A stretch of 64,000 nt of DNA from Acidimicrobiales bacterium. Lineage in GTDB: Bacteria > Actinomycetota > Acidimicrobiia > Acidimicrobiales > SHLQ01. Made by a program: the position numbers and the translations under genes. Below are positions 17,143 through 28,922 of this stretch, one piece after another (within the stretch, counting starts at the first letter, position 1; every line of letters begins with the position of its first letter). A model generated the notes under the pieces. It worked only from the letters and a program-made list of their open reading frames with translations, was not told the DNA's origin and ran no database searches. The DNA is taken from positions 25,591 through 89,590 of the forward strand of contig JAHDCX010000002.1 of assembly GCA_020629635.1 (NCBI GenBank), in the 5' to 3' direction.

Positions 17143-18639
17143 TCACGCGGCCGTCGCAAGTGTGTCGCCGTGGCCGTCGCCCGACCCAGGCAGGCAGTCG
17201 CACCCGATGCGACCCTCGCTTTCGAGCAGTCGGGGAGACTCCGGGATCTCGTCGTTCATCGCCATCGCAACAACGATCTCGACCAGGTCTTCGTCCCATT
17301 GCGTCCCGGCGTGCAGGCGGAGGATCTCGACAGCTCGATCCCGACCCATGCCCTCCCGATACTGGCGGCTGTGGACCATCGCGTCGTAGGCGTCGCAGAC
17401 CGAGACGATCCGTGCATGGAGCGGGATGTCGGAACCTGCCAAGCCGTCGGGATACCCGCCGCCGTCGACTCGCTCGTGGTGGCCGCGCACCGCCGGAGCG
17501 ATCACGGAGAGGACTGGCGAACGCGACACCAGTCGATGTCCCCAGATCACGTGTTGCTTCATCGTCTCGAACTCGACGTCCGTGAGCGAGGACGGCTTGT
17601 TGAGGATCCAGTCCGGAATCTCAAGTTTTCCGACGTCGTGGAGGAGCGCCGCGAGTCCGAGCTGTCGGAGCTCGCCTGGCGACATCTCGAGCTCGTCACC
17701 GACGCGGATCGCCAGCTCGGCCGTCCGCACGACGTGATCTCTCGTGATCGGGTCCTTCGCGTCGAGGTCGGCGACGAAGCGGCGAACCAACGGGTCCAGG
17801 CCGATTTCGAACGCTGCCCGGCTGTCGACGGCAAGAACCGGGTCGATCACCCCTTGGGTTTCGGAGCTGCTCCGGTACACGAGCAGCGCCCCGATCGTGG
17901 CCGCGAAGACGCCGAGGATGTCGAGCAGATGCGCAAGCCAGAAGCCCACGGAATATGGCGCAGCCCCGAACCAGATGAGCGCCGACGCTCCAACGAAGCC
18001 GTAGCCGGCTGCCACCACGAGCGGTCCGGAGGATCGGGCGATCCGTGCGAGACGGAGGTGGCGGTGTGCCAGAGCGGCACTCACGAGGAAACCAATCGCC
18101 GCGACCGAGGACGTCCAGAACGAGCGAGGCTCCGGTCCGGGGAGCAGCTCGGTGTCGACCAGAAGCCACACGCCGAGCGCGGCGACACCGACGATGCTCG
18201 CGAGGGTCCAGAGCTGCCATCGACCGGCGATCGGGCGCACCACACGTGCGGGCCCGTAGGCCGGAAACGAGACGGCCAGGGCGACCGGGATCGACCACAG
18301 CACGCTCGACATGGTGGCGGTGTTGTCGCCGAAGAGCACGCCAGGTGTCGTGATGCCGTGCACCAACGGAAGCACGGACACCGCCCAGAAGAAGAGTCCC
18401 AACCATGCCAGCTCCGGTTCGTCCCGCTTCCACGCTCGGATCAGCACGAGGCCGGCGGTGACGGCGCAAAGGCTGGCGGCGATGACGACGATGACGAACA
18501 GGGTGGTCGGAGCGACGAGGGTCCAGGCCGTCGGAAGGAGCGTCGACAGGAGCAGCTGGAGCGCGGCGGGACCAGCGAGCGCGATCGCCCACAGCGTGGA
18601 CAGGCGGCGGTCGGACGGCCCGACAGCGTGCGTCTCCAT
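17143..18639 (-). CDS. Membrane-bound HD-GYP domain phosphodiesterase
   Basis: About 8 N-terminal TM segments, then LLHDVGKLEIP and GHHERVDGGGYPDGL. Confidence 0.85.
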   Translation of the reverse strand: METHAVGPSDRRLSTLWAIALAGPAALQLLLSTLLPTAWTLVAPTTLFVIVVIAASLCAVTAGLVLIRAWKRDEPELAWLGLFFWAVSVLPLVHGITTPGVLFGDNTATMSSVLWSIPVALAVSFPAYGPARVVRPIAGRWQLWTLASIVGVAALGVWLLVDTELLPGPEPRSFWTSSVAAIGFLVSAALAHRHLRLARIARSSGPLVVAAGYGFVGASALIWFGAAPYSVGFWLAHLLDILGVFAATIGALLVYRSSSETQGVIDPVLAVDSRAAFEIGLDPLVRRFVADLDAKDPITRDHVVRTAELAIRVGDELEMSPGELRQLGLAALLHDVGKLEIPDWILNKPSSLTDVEFETMKQHVIWGHRLVSRSPVLSVIAPAVRGHHERVDGGGYPDGLAGSDIPLHARIVSVCDAYDAMVHSRQYREGMGRDRAVEILRLHAGTQWDEDLVEIVVAMAMNDEIPESPRLLESEGRIGCDCLPGSGDGHGDTLATAA

Positions 18640-18754
18640 GTGGAGTGAGTCGGCACACGGATTGGCACGGTGAAGCGAAAATCACCGGGTCGCGTGGAAT
18701 GGCGCCACGCTCTGTGCCACTCTCGAAGTTGGCGTGGGCAGGAAGTGAGATTCG

Positions 18755-20092
18755 ATGCGCGACGCACCGCGTCCCTTCGACATCCGACCGACCGTGGCGG
18801 TGGTGGTGTTTCTCCTTGCGCTGACGGCTGGCCTGATTGTCACCAACGGCCGTTCGTCGGCGCGATCGGTCGTGACCGAAGCTCGTCTTGTCGCCGACGA
18901 AATCACCCCGCCGTCTTCCGGCGCGCCTCGGACCGTTGGCGAGCCCGGTGTCCCCTCAGCGATCGCGTCCGCGATCGACGACGAGGATCGAGTCGCGCTG
19001 GAGCAGGAGATCGTCGAGGCATCGTCGACGACGCGGCCGTCAGAGACTGCGGACGCCACCGTCACGCCCACGGCGACGTCATCCTCGATTGCGTCGCCCG
19101 CGACGACCACGACCTCGCCCGCCGTCGCTGGCGTGGGTGGGGGAGGCGCAGGCGAAACGACGTCGCCGACAACGCGCCCTCAGCCAGCGACCGCATCACC
19201 GCCGACTAGCTCAACAACGAGCGCTGCCCCGACGAGCATGGCCCCGACGACCACCGCCCCGGCGACCACTTCTACCCCGGCGCAGTCGGCAGTCGCCGGC
19301 GCTCGGTGGACGGTTGCGGACGTCATACGCGGGACGATCTCGGCGGGAGACGGCTCCAACCCGAACGAAGAAGCACCGATGGGGCGTCACGACGCACCGC
19401 TGTTCCTGCCGCAGACCTGGAACTGGGCGCAGGGTCCGTCCCGCAACGCCGCGTGGGGTCAGCTCGGCACCGGATCGTCGCGTTTCGCCGAGTGGCGATG
19501 CGCGGTCATCCCCGAGAACGGACACACGCCCCCCGTGCCGTTCCGCATCAACGTGCGCAGTGGCGCCTACTACCAGTTCGTCGACGGCGACTGGCAGAAG
19601 GCGTTCGACGTCGACCTGACCAGCACCAACAACGGGGGATATCTCGGACAGGCCGGGCGGGTGAACCAGGACCCGTTCTCGTCCGGCGGACACGGACGCA
19701 TCGAGTGGCGACGAGAAGCCGATGGCAGCTTCTCCGCCCCGTGGAATGCGTCGGCGTTGATGATGCACTTCTGGGCCGGCAAGCGGGAGGCCCCGGCGTC
19801 TGGCCAAACCGCGGAGTTCCTCACCGCCGAGGTGCGACTCCAGCAGCCAGATGGCCAAACGGTCGATCTCTCGGGGGTGAAGGTCCTGTTCCAGTGCGGA
19901 GTTGACTACTACAACACCACGGGAGGGCAGGGGACGAAGGTCCCGGGACCGGGCATCGGGACCTACCAGCGGGCGACCACATCGTGGAAGCCGACCCTCT
20001 GGGTGACCTTGCCCCGTGACTGGCCGGCCGACACGGTCACCGACTTTCGCCGTTGGCTCGAAGCGAACCTTCCGCCCGGAGTGACGCCGTGA
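18755..20092 (+). CDS. Secreted or anchored protein with S/T/P/A-rich linker and C-terminal domain of unknown function
   Basis: N-terminal TM/signal VAVVVFLLALTAGLIV. About 150 aa of low complexity, then a roughly 250-aa Trp/Gly-rich domain with no motif I recognise. Confidence 0.6.
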   Translation: MRDAPRPFDIRPTVAVVVFLLALTAGLIVTNGRSSARSVVTEARLVADEITPPSSGAPRTVGEPGVPSAIASAIDDEDRVALEQEIVEASSTTRPSETADATVTPTATSSSIASPATTTTSPAVAGVGGGGAGETTSPTTRPQPATASPPTSSTTSAAPTSMAPTTTAPATTSTPAQSAVAGARWTVADVIRGTISAGDGSNPNEEAPMGRHDAPLFLPQTWNWAQGPSRNAAWGQLGTGSSRFAEWRCAVIPENGHTPPVPFRINVRSGAYYQFVDGDWQKAFDVDLTSTNNGGYLGQAGRVNQDPFSSGGHGRIEWRREADGSFSAPWNASALMMHFWAGKREAPASGQTAEFLTAEVRLQQPDGQTVDLSGVKVLFQCGVDYYNTTGGQGTKVPGPGIGTYQRATTSWKPTLWVTLPRDWPADTVTDFRRWLEANLPPGVTP

Positions 20093-20101
20093 AGACGGTG
20101 T

Positions 20102-22442
<2,341 letters not shown>

Positions 22443-22487
22443 GACTGGCGAGGCTAGCGGTGCGGGTGGAGCCGTAGTGTTCGTCCC

Positions 22488-22754
22488 ATGACCGACGCTG
22501 CGATGACCCTCGATCAAGTCCAGGCACTCATGGAGGACCTGTACGGAGAAGCCGACCGGGAGCGCGGTCAGGCGGCGACGGTGGCGTGGCTGTGCGAGGA
22601 GCTCGGCGAGTTGGCCCAGGCGGCGCGCAAGGGCACCAAGGAACAACAGCTCCATGAGTTGGGGGATGTGCTCGCCTGGCTGGCGTCGCTCGCCAACCAG
22701 CTCGACCTGACCCTCGACGACGCCATGGCCCGCTACCGCGAGAACCCACCCTGA
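22488..22754 (+). CDS. MazG-like nucleotide pyrophosphohydrolase domain protein
   Basis: WLCEELGELAQA ... ELGDVLAWLASLANQL, the EExxE/ExxD four-helix pattern. Confidence 0.75.
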   Translation: MTDAAMTLDQVQALMEDLYGEADRERGQAATVAWLCEELGELAQAARKGTKEQQLHELGDVLAWLASLANQLDLTLDDAMARYRENPP

Positions 22755-22760
22755 CCCCGA

Positions 22761-23645
22761 TCAGGCGCTGTGGCGGGCCCGGAGGTCGGCGACCTGGGGT
22801 GGGACGTCCATCACCCAGTTGAGGGCGCCGATCATCGCTTTGGCGGCTGGCTTCACGGTGGCGCTGCTCACCGGAGCGATTCGGGGAGGGAGCCACAGCT
22901 TGCGGCGCGCCCAGCTCGGCAGAAGATCCAGCGCCGCGCCCAGCACGATCGTGTAGGGGCCGCGCGCCTGCCATGTGTGTGGCGGGTACACCAGGAACCG
23001 CAGCGCCGTTCTGGCCTGACTACCGACGGTCAGCTCCGGGAGGTAGCTGCGAAGGGTGTCGTCGAGCTCCTCGACTGAGCGAGGCGCACGCTCGACGCCG
23101 AGCGCTTCGCCGACCCGCGCCATCTCCGCGACGTATTGGTCGGCGTCCGCATCGGAGATGCGGACCGATCCATATCGCCGGTACGCGCGGAGAAACCCAT
23201 CGACCTCGGTGCTGTGGACCCACAAGAGGTTGTGCGGGTCGTTGGCCCGATACGGCGTCCCGTCCGGCGTTGTTCCTTCGACCCGGTCGTGGATTGCCCG
23301 CACCATGTCGACCGCCTGTTGCGCTTCGTCCGCCGAGCCGAACGTCGTCGCGCCGATGAAGGCTGCCGTCCGATGAAGCCGGCCGAAGGGGTCGGCGTCG
23401 TACGCCGAGTGGTCGGCGACGCCGGCCATGGTCGGGGGGTGAAGGGTCTGGACGAACAACGATTCGACGCCGCCGATGATCGCTGACCAGTCGGTTTGTA
23501 TCAGCCAGACCATCGAGTCCGGGCCGAACCAGCCGTCCTCGCCAGCAAAGCCGCCCGCCATCTCGCGCTGACCGGTGATGTACTGGCGCACCGTTCGCTG
23601 GATCTCGCGTCGAATTCCCTGGACGGGGGTCAGTTGGTCGCTCAC
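22761..23645 (-). CDS. MpaB/DUF2236-family oxygenase
   Basis: GPDSMVWLIQTDWSAIIGGVESLFVQTLHPPTMAGV and RAIHDRVEGTTPDG are typical of DUF2236. Confidence 0.75.
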   Translation of the reverse strand: MSDQLTPVQGIRREIQRTVRQYITGQREMAGGFAGEDGWFGPDSMVWLIQTDWSAIIGGVESLFVQTLHPPTMAGVADHSAYDADPFGRLHRTAAFIGATTFGSADEAQQAVDMVRAIHDRVEGTTPDGTPYRANDPHNLLWVHSTEVDGFLRAYRRYGSVRISDADADQYVAEMARVGEALGVERAPRSVEELDDTLRSYLPELTVGSQARTALRFLVYPPHTWQARGPYTIVLGAALDLLPSWARRKLWLPPRIAPVSSATVKPAAKAMIGALNWVMDVPPQVADLRARHSA

Positions 23646-23769
23646 ACCGAAAACGGTAGGGCTCGCGCGGTCTTGGTGTCTGCCCGGTCTGCCGATCGCC
23701 GTCGAGAACTATTACAGTTCTGTGTCGAACCTGCCGACGAGGCGTGGGCGAACAAAACGAAGGGACGAC

Positions 23770-24474
23770 GTGGGGCGACAACGATCAACCGGACTTCGAG
23801 CCACGCGCGTGACCATCGGAGCGGTCAGCACCGCGAGCTTCGTCGGTGTTGTCGCGTCGCTCGGTCCGCTTGCCGCGGCCGAGGACGTCACGTCGGCCGC
23901 GCTCGAACCCGCCCGTCTCCTCGGCGCTCCGGCCGCGCTCGCCTCCACGGAGGGCCTCCCGTCGGGCAGCACCTCCTCGACCATCGTGACGGCTCCCGTC
24001 GATACCGTGGGAATCACCACGTCGTCGACGCTGCTCCCGAGCGTCTTGGAGGCGCTCGTCGATCAGTCGACGAGCACCGAGGTCACCGTCGAAGAGTCTT
24101 CGAGCACCACGGCTCCCGCAACGACCCAGGCGGCGGCCACTGCCTCGACGACCCGAGCAACGACCGCGCCGACGACCGCCGCGCCGCGCGCGTCGACCCC
24201 AACATCGGCCGCGCCGACCACAGCCGCACCCAGCACCGCCGCCCCGACAACGGCCGCGCCGGCCACCACTGCGGCGCCGACCACGGCTGCCCCGACAACG
24301 GCCGCCCCGACGACCGCCGCGCCGGCCACGACCGCAGCGCCGACGACGGCCGCACCGACCACGGCTGCACCGACGACGGCTGCCCCCACCACGGTCGCTC
24401 CCACGACGACCGTGGCGACGACCACCACCGCCCCATCCACCACGCTGCCTCCGCTCACCGGCGGAAGCATGTGA
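23770..24474 (+). CDS. Secreted Thr/Pro/Ala-rich repeat protein
   Basis: GTG at 23770 after aagggacgac. Signal-like VTIGAVSTASFVGVVASLGPLAAA. About 12 APTTA-type pentapeptide repeats. Ends LPPLTGGSM. Confidence 0.55.
   Translation: MGRQRSTGLRATRVTIGAVSTASFVGVVASLGPLAAAEDVTSAALEPARLLGAPAALASTEGLPSGSTSSTIVTAPVDTVGITTSSTLLPSVLEALVDQSTSTEVTVEESSSTTAPATTQAAATASTTRATTAPTTAAPRASTPTSAAPTTAAPSTAAPTTAAPATTAAPTTAAPTTAAPTTAAPATTAAPTTAAPTTAAPTTAAPTTVAPTTTVATTTTAPSTTLPPLTGGSM
24205..24400 (+). repeat. Tandem 15-nt (pentapeptide A-P-T-T-A) coding repeat
   Basis: AAPTTAAPSTAAPTTAAPATTAAPTTAAPTTAAPTTAAPATTAAPTTAAPTTAAPTTAAPTTVAPTT. Repeat units differ at synonymous positions. Confidence 0.85.
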
Positions 24475-24491
24475 CCACGAGCGGAGCGCCC

Positions 24492-25406
24492 ATGGAGGAA
24501 CGAGTCCTCCACGAAGCGCGATTCCGTGCGCTCGGCTCGGATTGCCGAGTGGTTTCTGATCTCAGCGCGGCTTCCGTCCAGAACGCGATACATCGACTCG
24601 AGGACCTCGAGGCCCGATGGAGCCGGTTCCGCCCGGACTCCGAAATCACGCAGGCCAATCTCGCGTCGGGACGTTGGGTCGAGGTCTCGGCGATCACTCA
24701 CGAGCTGATCGATCGCGCCCGTCTCGCTCACGAACGGACCGACGGGATCATCGACGCTCGCATCGGCAAGCGTCTCGTCGAGCTCGGCTACGACCGGTCC
24801 CACGACACGCTCGAACTCTCGAGCGAACCGATCAACCCAATCGAACACGTCGATGACGATCCCGATCGGACATGGGACGTCGGGGTCGACGGTTCGTCCA
24901 TCAAGATCCCCCTCGGCGTTGCCTTCGATCCCGGCGGCCTCGGCAAGGGGCTAGCGGCAGACACGGTAATGGACGACCTCCTCGGTGCCGGCGCCGAGTG
25001 GGCGCTCGTGGCGCTGGGAGGCGACCTCCGGTTCGGCGGCACGTTCCTCGAAGAGCACGGTTGGCAACTGCAGATCGAGAACCCACTCGAGCCTGGTCAG
25101 GTGTGGGGGACGCAGGCGATCCGATCCGGTGCCGTGTGCACGAGCTCGACCCGTCTCCGCCGCTGGCGCTCCGCTGACGGCGCAGTGCACCACCATCTGA
25201 TCGATCCGCGGACCGGTTGCCCAGCCGAGACACCGGTCGCCGCCGCGACCGTCGCTGCCGCCGACTGTTGGTGGGCCGATGTCGTGGCCAAGGTCGCCGT
25301 GCTCGATCCCGACATGGCGGCGGCTCGTGCAGTCGAATGGCAGGTCGAGATTCTCCGCTTCGACCATGACGGCACGGTCACTCCCATCGAATGGCGGTCG
25401 TCGTGA
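24492..25406 (+). CDS. apbE: FAD:protein FMN transferase (ApbE family)
   Basis: Last 305 codons of ORF 23496..25406. RFRPDSEITQAN, FDPGGLGKGLAAD, HHLIDPRTG. Confidence 0.85.
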   Translation: MEERVLHEARFRALGSDCRVVSDLSAASVQNAIHRLEDLEARWSRFRPDSEITQANLASGRWVEVSAITHELIDRARLAHERTDGIIDARIGKRLVELGYDRSHDTLELSSEPINPIEHVDDDPDRTWDVGVDGSSIKIPLGVAFDPGGLGKGLAADTVMDDLLGAGAEWALVALGGDLRFGGTFLEEHGWQLQIENPLEPGQVWGTQAIRSGAVCTSSTRLRRWRSADGAVHHHLIDPRTGCPAETPVAAATVAAADCWWADVVAKVAVLDPDMAAARAVEWQVEILRFDHDGTVTPIEWRSS

Positions 25407-26035
25407 CCATTGGCGACCTCGAGTTTGCGAGTCAGGTGTGGTGGTACACGTCGCGGGCGGCAGGGATCGTTGCGTGGGTGCTCCTGAGCGGCTCGATGAT
25501 TGCCGGTCTCGCCCTGTCATCGCGAGACGCCAAGGCACTCCCGGCCGGCTGGATGCTCGACTTGCACCGCTACCTCTCGACCCTGTCGCTCACCTTCCTC
25601 ACGATCCACCTCGTTGCGCTCGTGCCGGACAACTTCGTGCATTTCGGATGGGCGGAGCTGTTCGTGCCCATGGCATCCGAATGGCAACCCGGCGCAGTTG
25701 CGTGGGGAATCGTTGCGTTCTGGCTGGTCGTCTGTGTGGAGATCTCGTCGCTCGCCCGTGCCCGAATCCCTCACCGCCTCTGGAGGGCGATCCACTTCAC
25801 GAGCTTCGCCATATGGGTGGCGGCCACCGTGCACCTGTTCACCGCGGGGACCGACGTGTCCCATCCTGCGTTTCGTGTTGCGCAGGTGGTCGCGATCGGC
25901 GCAGTCTCGGCGATGTTCGTCCGTCGCCTCGCGACGGTCGTCCTTCGTCGTCGCCGCCGGTCACCGCTGCCTGTCGAGGAACCGGTAGACGTCGACCAGG
26001 TCGACTCCGGGAAACGGGCTGAACTCTCGACTTGA
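25391..26035 (+). CDS. Ferric-reductase-like (MsrQ/FRD-type) transmembrane protein
   Basis: Overlaps the apbE end. Six hydrophobic segments with conserved His (LDLHRYLS, LTIHLVAL, AIHFTSF, ATVHLF). Confidence 0.7.
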   Translation: MAVVVTIGDLEFASQVWWYTSRAAGIVAWVLLSGSMIAGLALSSRDAKALPAGWMLDLHRYLSTLSLTFLTIHLVALVPDNFVHFGWAELFVPMASEWQPGAVAWGIVAFWLVVCVEISSLARARIPHRLWRAIHFTSFAIWVAATVHLFTAGTDVSHPAFRVAQVVAIGAVSAMFVRRLATVVLRRRRRSPLPVEEPVDVDQVDSGKRAELST

Positions 26036-27403
26036 GGGTGGCAGCGCCGTCAGGACGTGGCTGCGCTGCGCGGCAGATGGCCAGGCGACCGACTCCCAGC
26101 GGTCGATGAGTGCCGGGTCCGCAGCGGTCGACTCCGAACGAGCGTCGACCCGCCGAATGGTGTCACCCCCGCGGAACGCTTTCGCCAGCTTCGACGTCGT
26201 GCCGATGCTGACCGCGTATGGCTTGCTGGCCGCGTCCTCGATGTAGGTGGCGCACCACCAGTCGCCACCGTCGGTCGTCGTGTGCTGGTAGTGGAGCATG
26301 AAGCTCTCACCGGCCTGCCAGGCCTGGCGGACACCCCAGTGTCTGGACACCCGCATGCCCTCGACCGTCCCGTCGGCGTCGGCCGGATAGTCGATGCCGT
26401 CGTTCTCATACGCCTTCGACACGACACCGTCCGGCGAGCAGCGCAAGAAGTGGACCGGCAGATCGAGGTGGCGTGTCGCGAGGTTCGTGAATCGGTGAGC
26501 CGCCATCTCGTAGGAGACGTAGAACGCCTCCTTCATGTCCTCGATCGAAATGTCGTCGTCCGCGTGACTGCGGCGAAGCAGGTCCACGGCGGCACGTTCG
26601 GGGATGGCCGCTGCGGCGGCGAAGTAGTTCGACTCGATCCGTTGCCGGAGGTAATCGGAGAAGTCGTGAGTCACGGAGTGGTCGAGCGCATAGTGCCCGA
26701 GCGTCTGGAGCACGACCGAGCGGGCCGCCCGGAGCTCGACTTCCTCGCGCAACGGGATGTAGATGATTCGCTTGCGTTGATCGGTGACCGACCGAGCCGA
26801 GCTCGGCATGCCGCGTGCCCGTTTGACCTCGAACCCGAAATGGGCAGCCAGATCAGTGATGTGACGTTCGGAGAGCGGCCCGACACCGGGGTAGCCGATG
26901 GCGTCGAGGGACTCGTTGACGACCTTCTCGATCTCCTCGAAGTAGTTGTCTCGGGCGCGCATCTCCATTCGGAGCTCGGCGTTGGCGAGCCGCGCCTTGT
27001 CCTCCGCTCGCAGCGCACGAGTGCCGTCGGTGTTCGGGATCTGTTCCCACAGCGTCGTGAGGTGCTCGAGGACGTCGTCGCTGATCTTGGCGTTGGGCTT
27101 GAGATGCGGGAGTTCGAGCGCCCGATAGGCCGGATGTTCCTGGGCCTTCACGAGCGCGAGCTCGAGTTCGGCCCGGCGGTTCGGTGCCGTTTGTTCGACG
27201 AGCACACCGACCGAGACCTGCAGCGCGTCGGCGAGCGAGTTGAGCAGCCCGATCTTCGGCTCGACGCGACCGTTCTCGAGTTGGCTGAGGTACGGCACAG
27301 GTCGATCGACGATCTCGCTGAGGTCGCCGAGCGTCAGGTTGAGTTCTTTGCGGAAGTGGCGGATCCGGTGTCCGAGGAGTCCGAGATCGAGTTCGTCTGC
27401 CAC
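25961..27403 (-). CDS. XRE-family regulator with ImmA/IrrE-like and DUF2083-like regions (RamB/PrpR type)
   Basis: GTG 27403 is preceded by aggagg 9 nt upstream. HTH LGHRIRHFRKELNLTLGDLSEIVDRPVPYLSQLENGR. About 480 aa, as in RamB/PrpR-type regulators. Confidence 0.7.
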   Translation of the reverse strand: MADELDLGLLGHRIRHFRKELNLTLGDLSEIVDRPVPYLSQLENGRVEPKIGLLNSLADALQVSVGVLVEQTAPNRRAELELALVKAQEHPAYRALELPHLKPNAKISDDVLEHLTTLWEQIPNTDGTRALRAEDKARLANAELRMEMRARDNYFEEIEKVVNESLDAIGYPGVGPLSERHITDLAAHFGFEVKRARGMPSSARSVTDQRKRIIYIPLREEVELRAARSVVLQTLGHYALDHSVTHDFSDYLRQRIESNYFAAAAAIPERAAVDLLRRSHADDDISIEDMKEAFYVSYEMAAHRFTNLATRHLDLPVHFLRCSPDGVVSKAYENDGIDYPADADGTVEGMRVSRHWGVRQAWQAGESFMLHYQHTTTDGGDWWCATYIEDAASKPYAVSIGTTSKLAKAFRGGDTIRRVDARSESTAADPALIDRWESVAWPSAAQRSHVLTALPPSSREFSPFPGVDLVDVYRFLDRQR

Positions 27404-27577
27404 GAGAGGGGCCTCCTGGTCGGTCGAGAAAGCGAAGTTCTTCCATTCTTTCGGCTCGAACCGCCCTTCGTCCAGATTTGGGCGGTGATGCCCATGGATA
27501 TTCGTCCAAAAAGGCCGAGATTCTGTAGGAGCGGGTTTCTGCAACATGGTTTCGCTTCCGAACGAGGTCCTTCCGCA

Positions 27578-28156
27578 ATGAGCGTCATCGCCCCACATCA
27601 GTCACTTTCCGATCCAGCAGACTTCGACGATCCGACGCCGGGCATCGACGTCGTCTCCACCCACGACGACGACGGCATCGCCGAACTTCTCGAGGATCCG
27701 CACACGCGCCGGGTACTCGGGGTGATGCACCGCCGCTTCTGGGCGAAGCGCCGGGACATGCTCGTGCGGCGAGCCGAGCTCGGCTCGGTCACCACGGCGG
27801 ACGAGCCCGTCGCTGATGCAGCACCCGGTGTGCTCGCCATCCGGGGATGGGCAACGACGGAGCGGACGGTGCTCGTCGACGGCCGGGCCGTGCCTGGTCC
27901 GGTGTTCGATCTGGCCCTCGCGATCGCACACGATCTCGACGGCCTCCGTGCCGGATCGACGCTTGCGATCGCCGCACCCGACGTTCGTGCAGCACACGAA
28001 GCACGCCTCTGGAACGACCTGTGCGCGTTGGCTGAAGATCGCTTCGGCCTCGATCGTCACACGGTTCGAGTGGTCGGAGAGCTTGCGGCGCCGGCAGTCG
28101 CCGACGCGGATGAGCAGGCCCGAATCGCTCAGGTCTTCGCCGGCCGCGGGCTCTGA
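27578..28156 (+). pseudogene. Degenerate, truncated malate synthase A-like ORF (192 aa)
   Basis: VLAIRGWATTERTVLVDGRAVPGPVFDLALAIAH and HEARLWNDLCALAEDRFGLDRHTVRV align to AceB segments (RGLHL..., AEDRFNLPRGTIKA). About 110 aa of the N-terminal barrel and the whole C-terminal half are missing. Confidence 0.6.
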
Positions 28157-28331
28157 GTCCGAGCTGCTGCACTCCCACGACCGAACCCGAGGTGGTATCC
28201 CTGGGTCTGTGGAACAGGAGACGTCGCCGCTGATCAGGACGTCGGATCGAGGTTCGACGCGTCGATCCGATGAGCTGCGCACCCTGCGCGAGGTCGGGCG
28301 AACGTGGGGTGCGCAACGATCCGCACAGGTG

Positions 28332-28922
28332 ATGGTTGTCGCGGTGTTTGCCGCGAGTGTTGCTCGGCTGCTCGTTGGCGGCTTCGGCTGGACCGACCTG
28401 TTGGTCGTCGCCCTGACGGTATTGCTCGTCGGTTTCGTTGAGTGGGTGCTGCACCTCTTCTTGTTGCATGCCCCCGAGGATTCGTTTCGGATGCGGCGGC
28501 TCGGGACCGGTGTCGGTCATCGTCAACATCATCTGGATCCGCATGACGTGGGCTGGATCATGCTGTCCGGCGTCGATGCGGCGGTGTTCGTCGTCCTCAT
28601 CGCAGGGTGGACGGCGCTGTGGTCGCTCCCGCTGCTCTGGCTGGTCGGTGGACCGCTGATGGCGCCATTTCTGACGGCGCTTCTCGCTGCCTACGTGTCG
28701 CTGGCCCACTACGAGTGGGTGCATCTGTTGGTGCACACTCGTTACCGGCCCAAGACACGCTTCTACAAGCGGCTCGCGACCAACCACCGCCTGCACCACT
28801 ATCGCAACGAGCGCTACTGGCTTGGAGTGACGTCGAATCTCGGCGACCGAGCTCTGCAGAGTTATCCGGCGACCAAGACGGACGTCCCGCTCTCGGCGAC
28901 GGCGCGTACCCTGTCGGGGTGA
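28332..28922 (+). CDS. Fatty-acid hydroxylase/sterol desaturase-superfamily membrane protein
   Basis: His boxes HRQHH, HLLVH, HRLHHY with 3-4 TM segments. Start uncertain (28110-28332). GTGA overlap with glnS. Confidence 0.65.
   Translation: MVVAVFAASVARLLVGGFGWTDLLVVALTVLLVGFVEWVLHLFLLHAPEDSFRMRRLGTGVGHRQHHLDPHDVGWIMLSGVDAAVFVVLIAGWTALWSLPLLWLVGGPLMAPFLTALLAAYVSLAHYEWVHLLVHTRYRPKTRFYKRLATNHRLHHYRNERYWLGVTSNLGDRALQSYPATKTDVPLSATARTLSG

Noticed and set aside
24205-24400. Regularly spaced short repeats that could be mistaken for a CRISPR array or a satellite.
   Set aside because: The period is 15 nt with no spacers, it lies in frame inside a CDS, and it encodes APTTA pentapeptides. It is a coding tandem repeat.
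23496-24491. N-terminal 330 codons of the 636-aa ORF that ends as ApbE, which looked like a large fusion protein.
   Set aside because: The upstream part is antisense to the MpaB gene and out of frame over the Thr/Pro-repeat gene, with junk-like composition. ApbE homology begins at the ATG at 24492.
27404-27577. A RamB/PrpR operator (TTTGCAAA-like) in the regulator / malate-synthase-relic intergenic region; the closest match is tttctgcaac near 27535.
   Set aside because: It matches only 5-6 of 8 core positions and is not palindromic. This is too weak to call.
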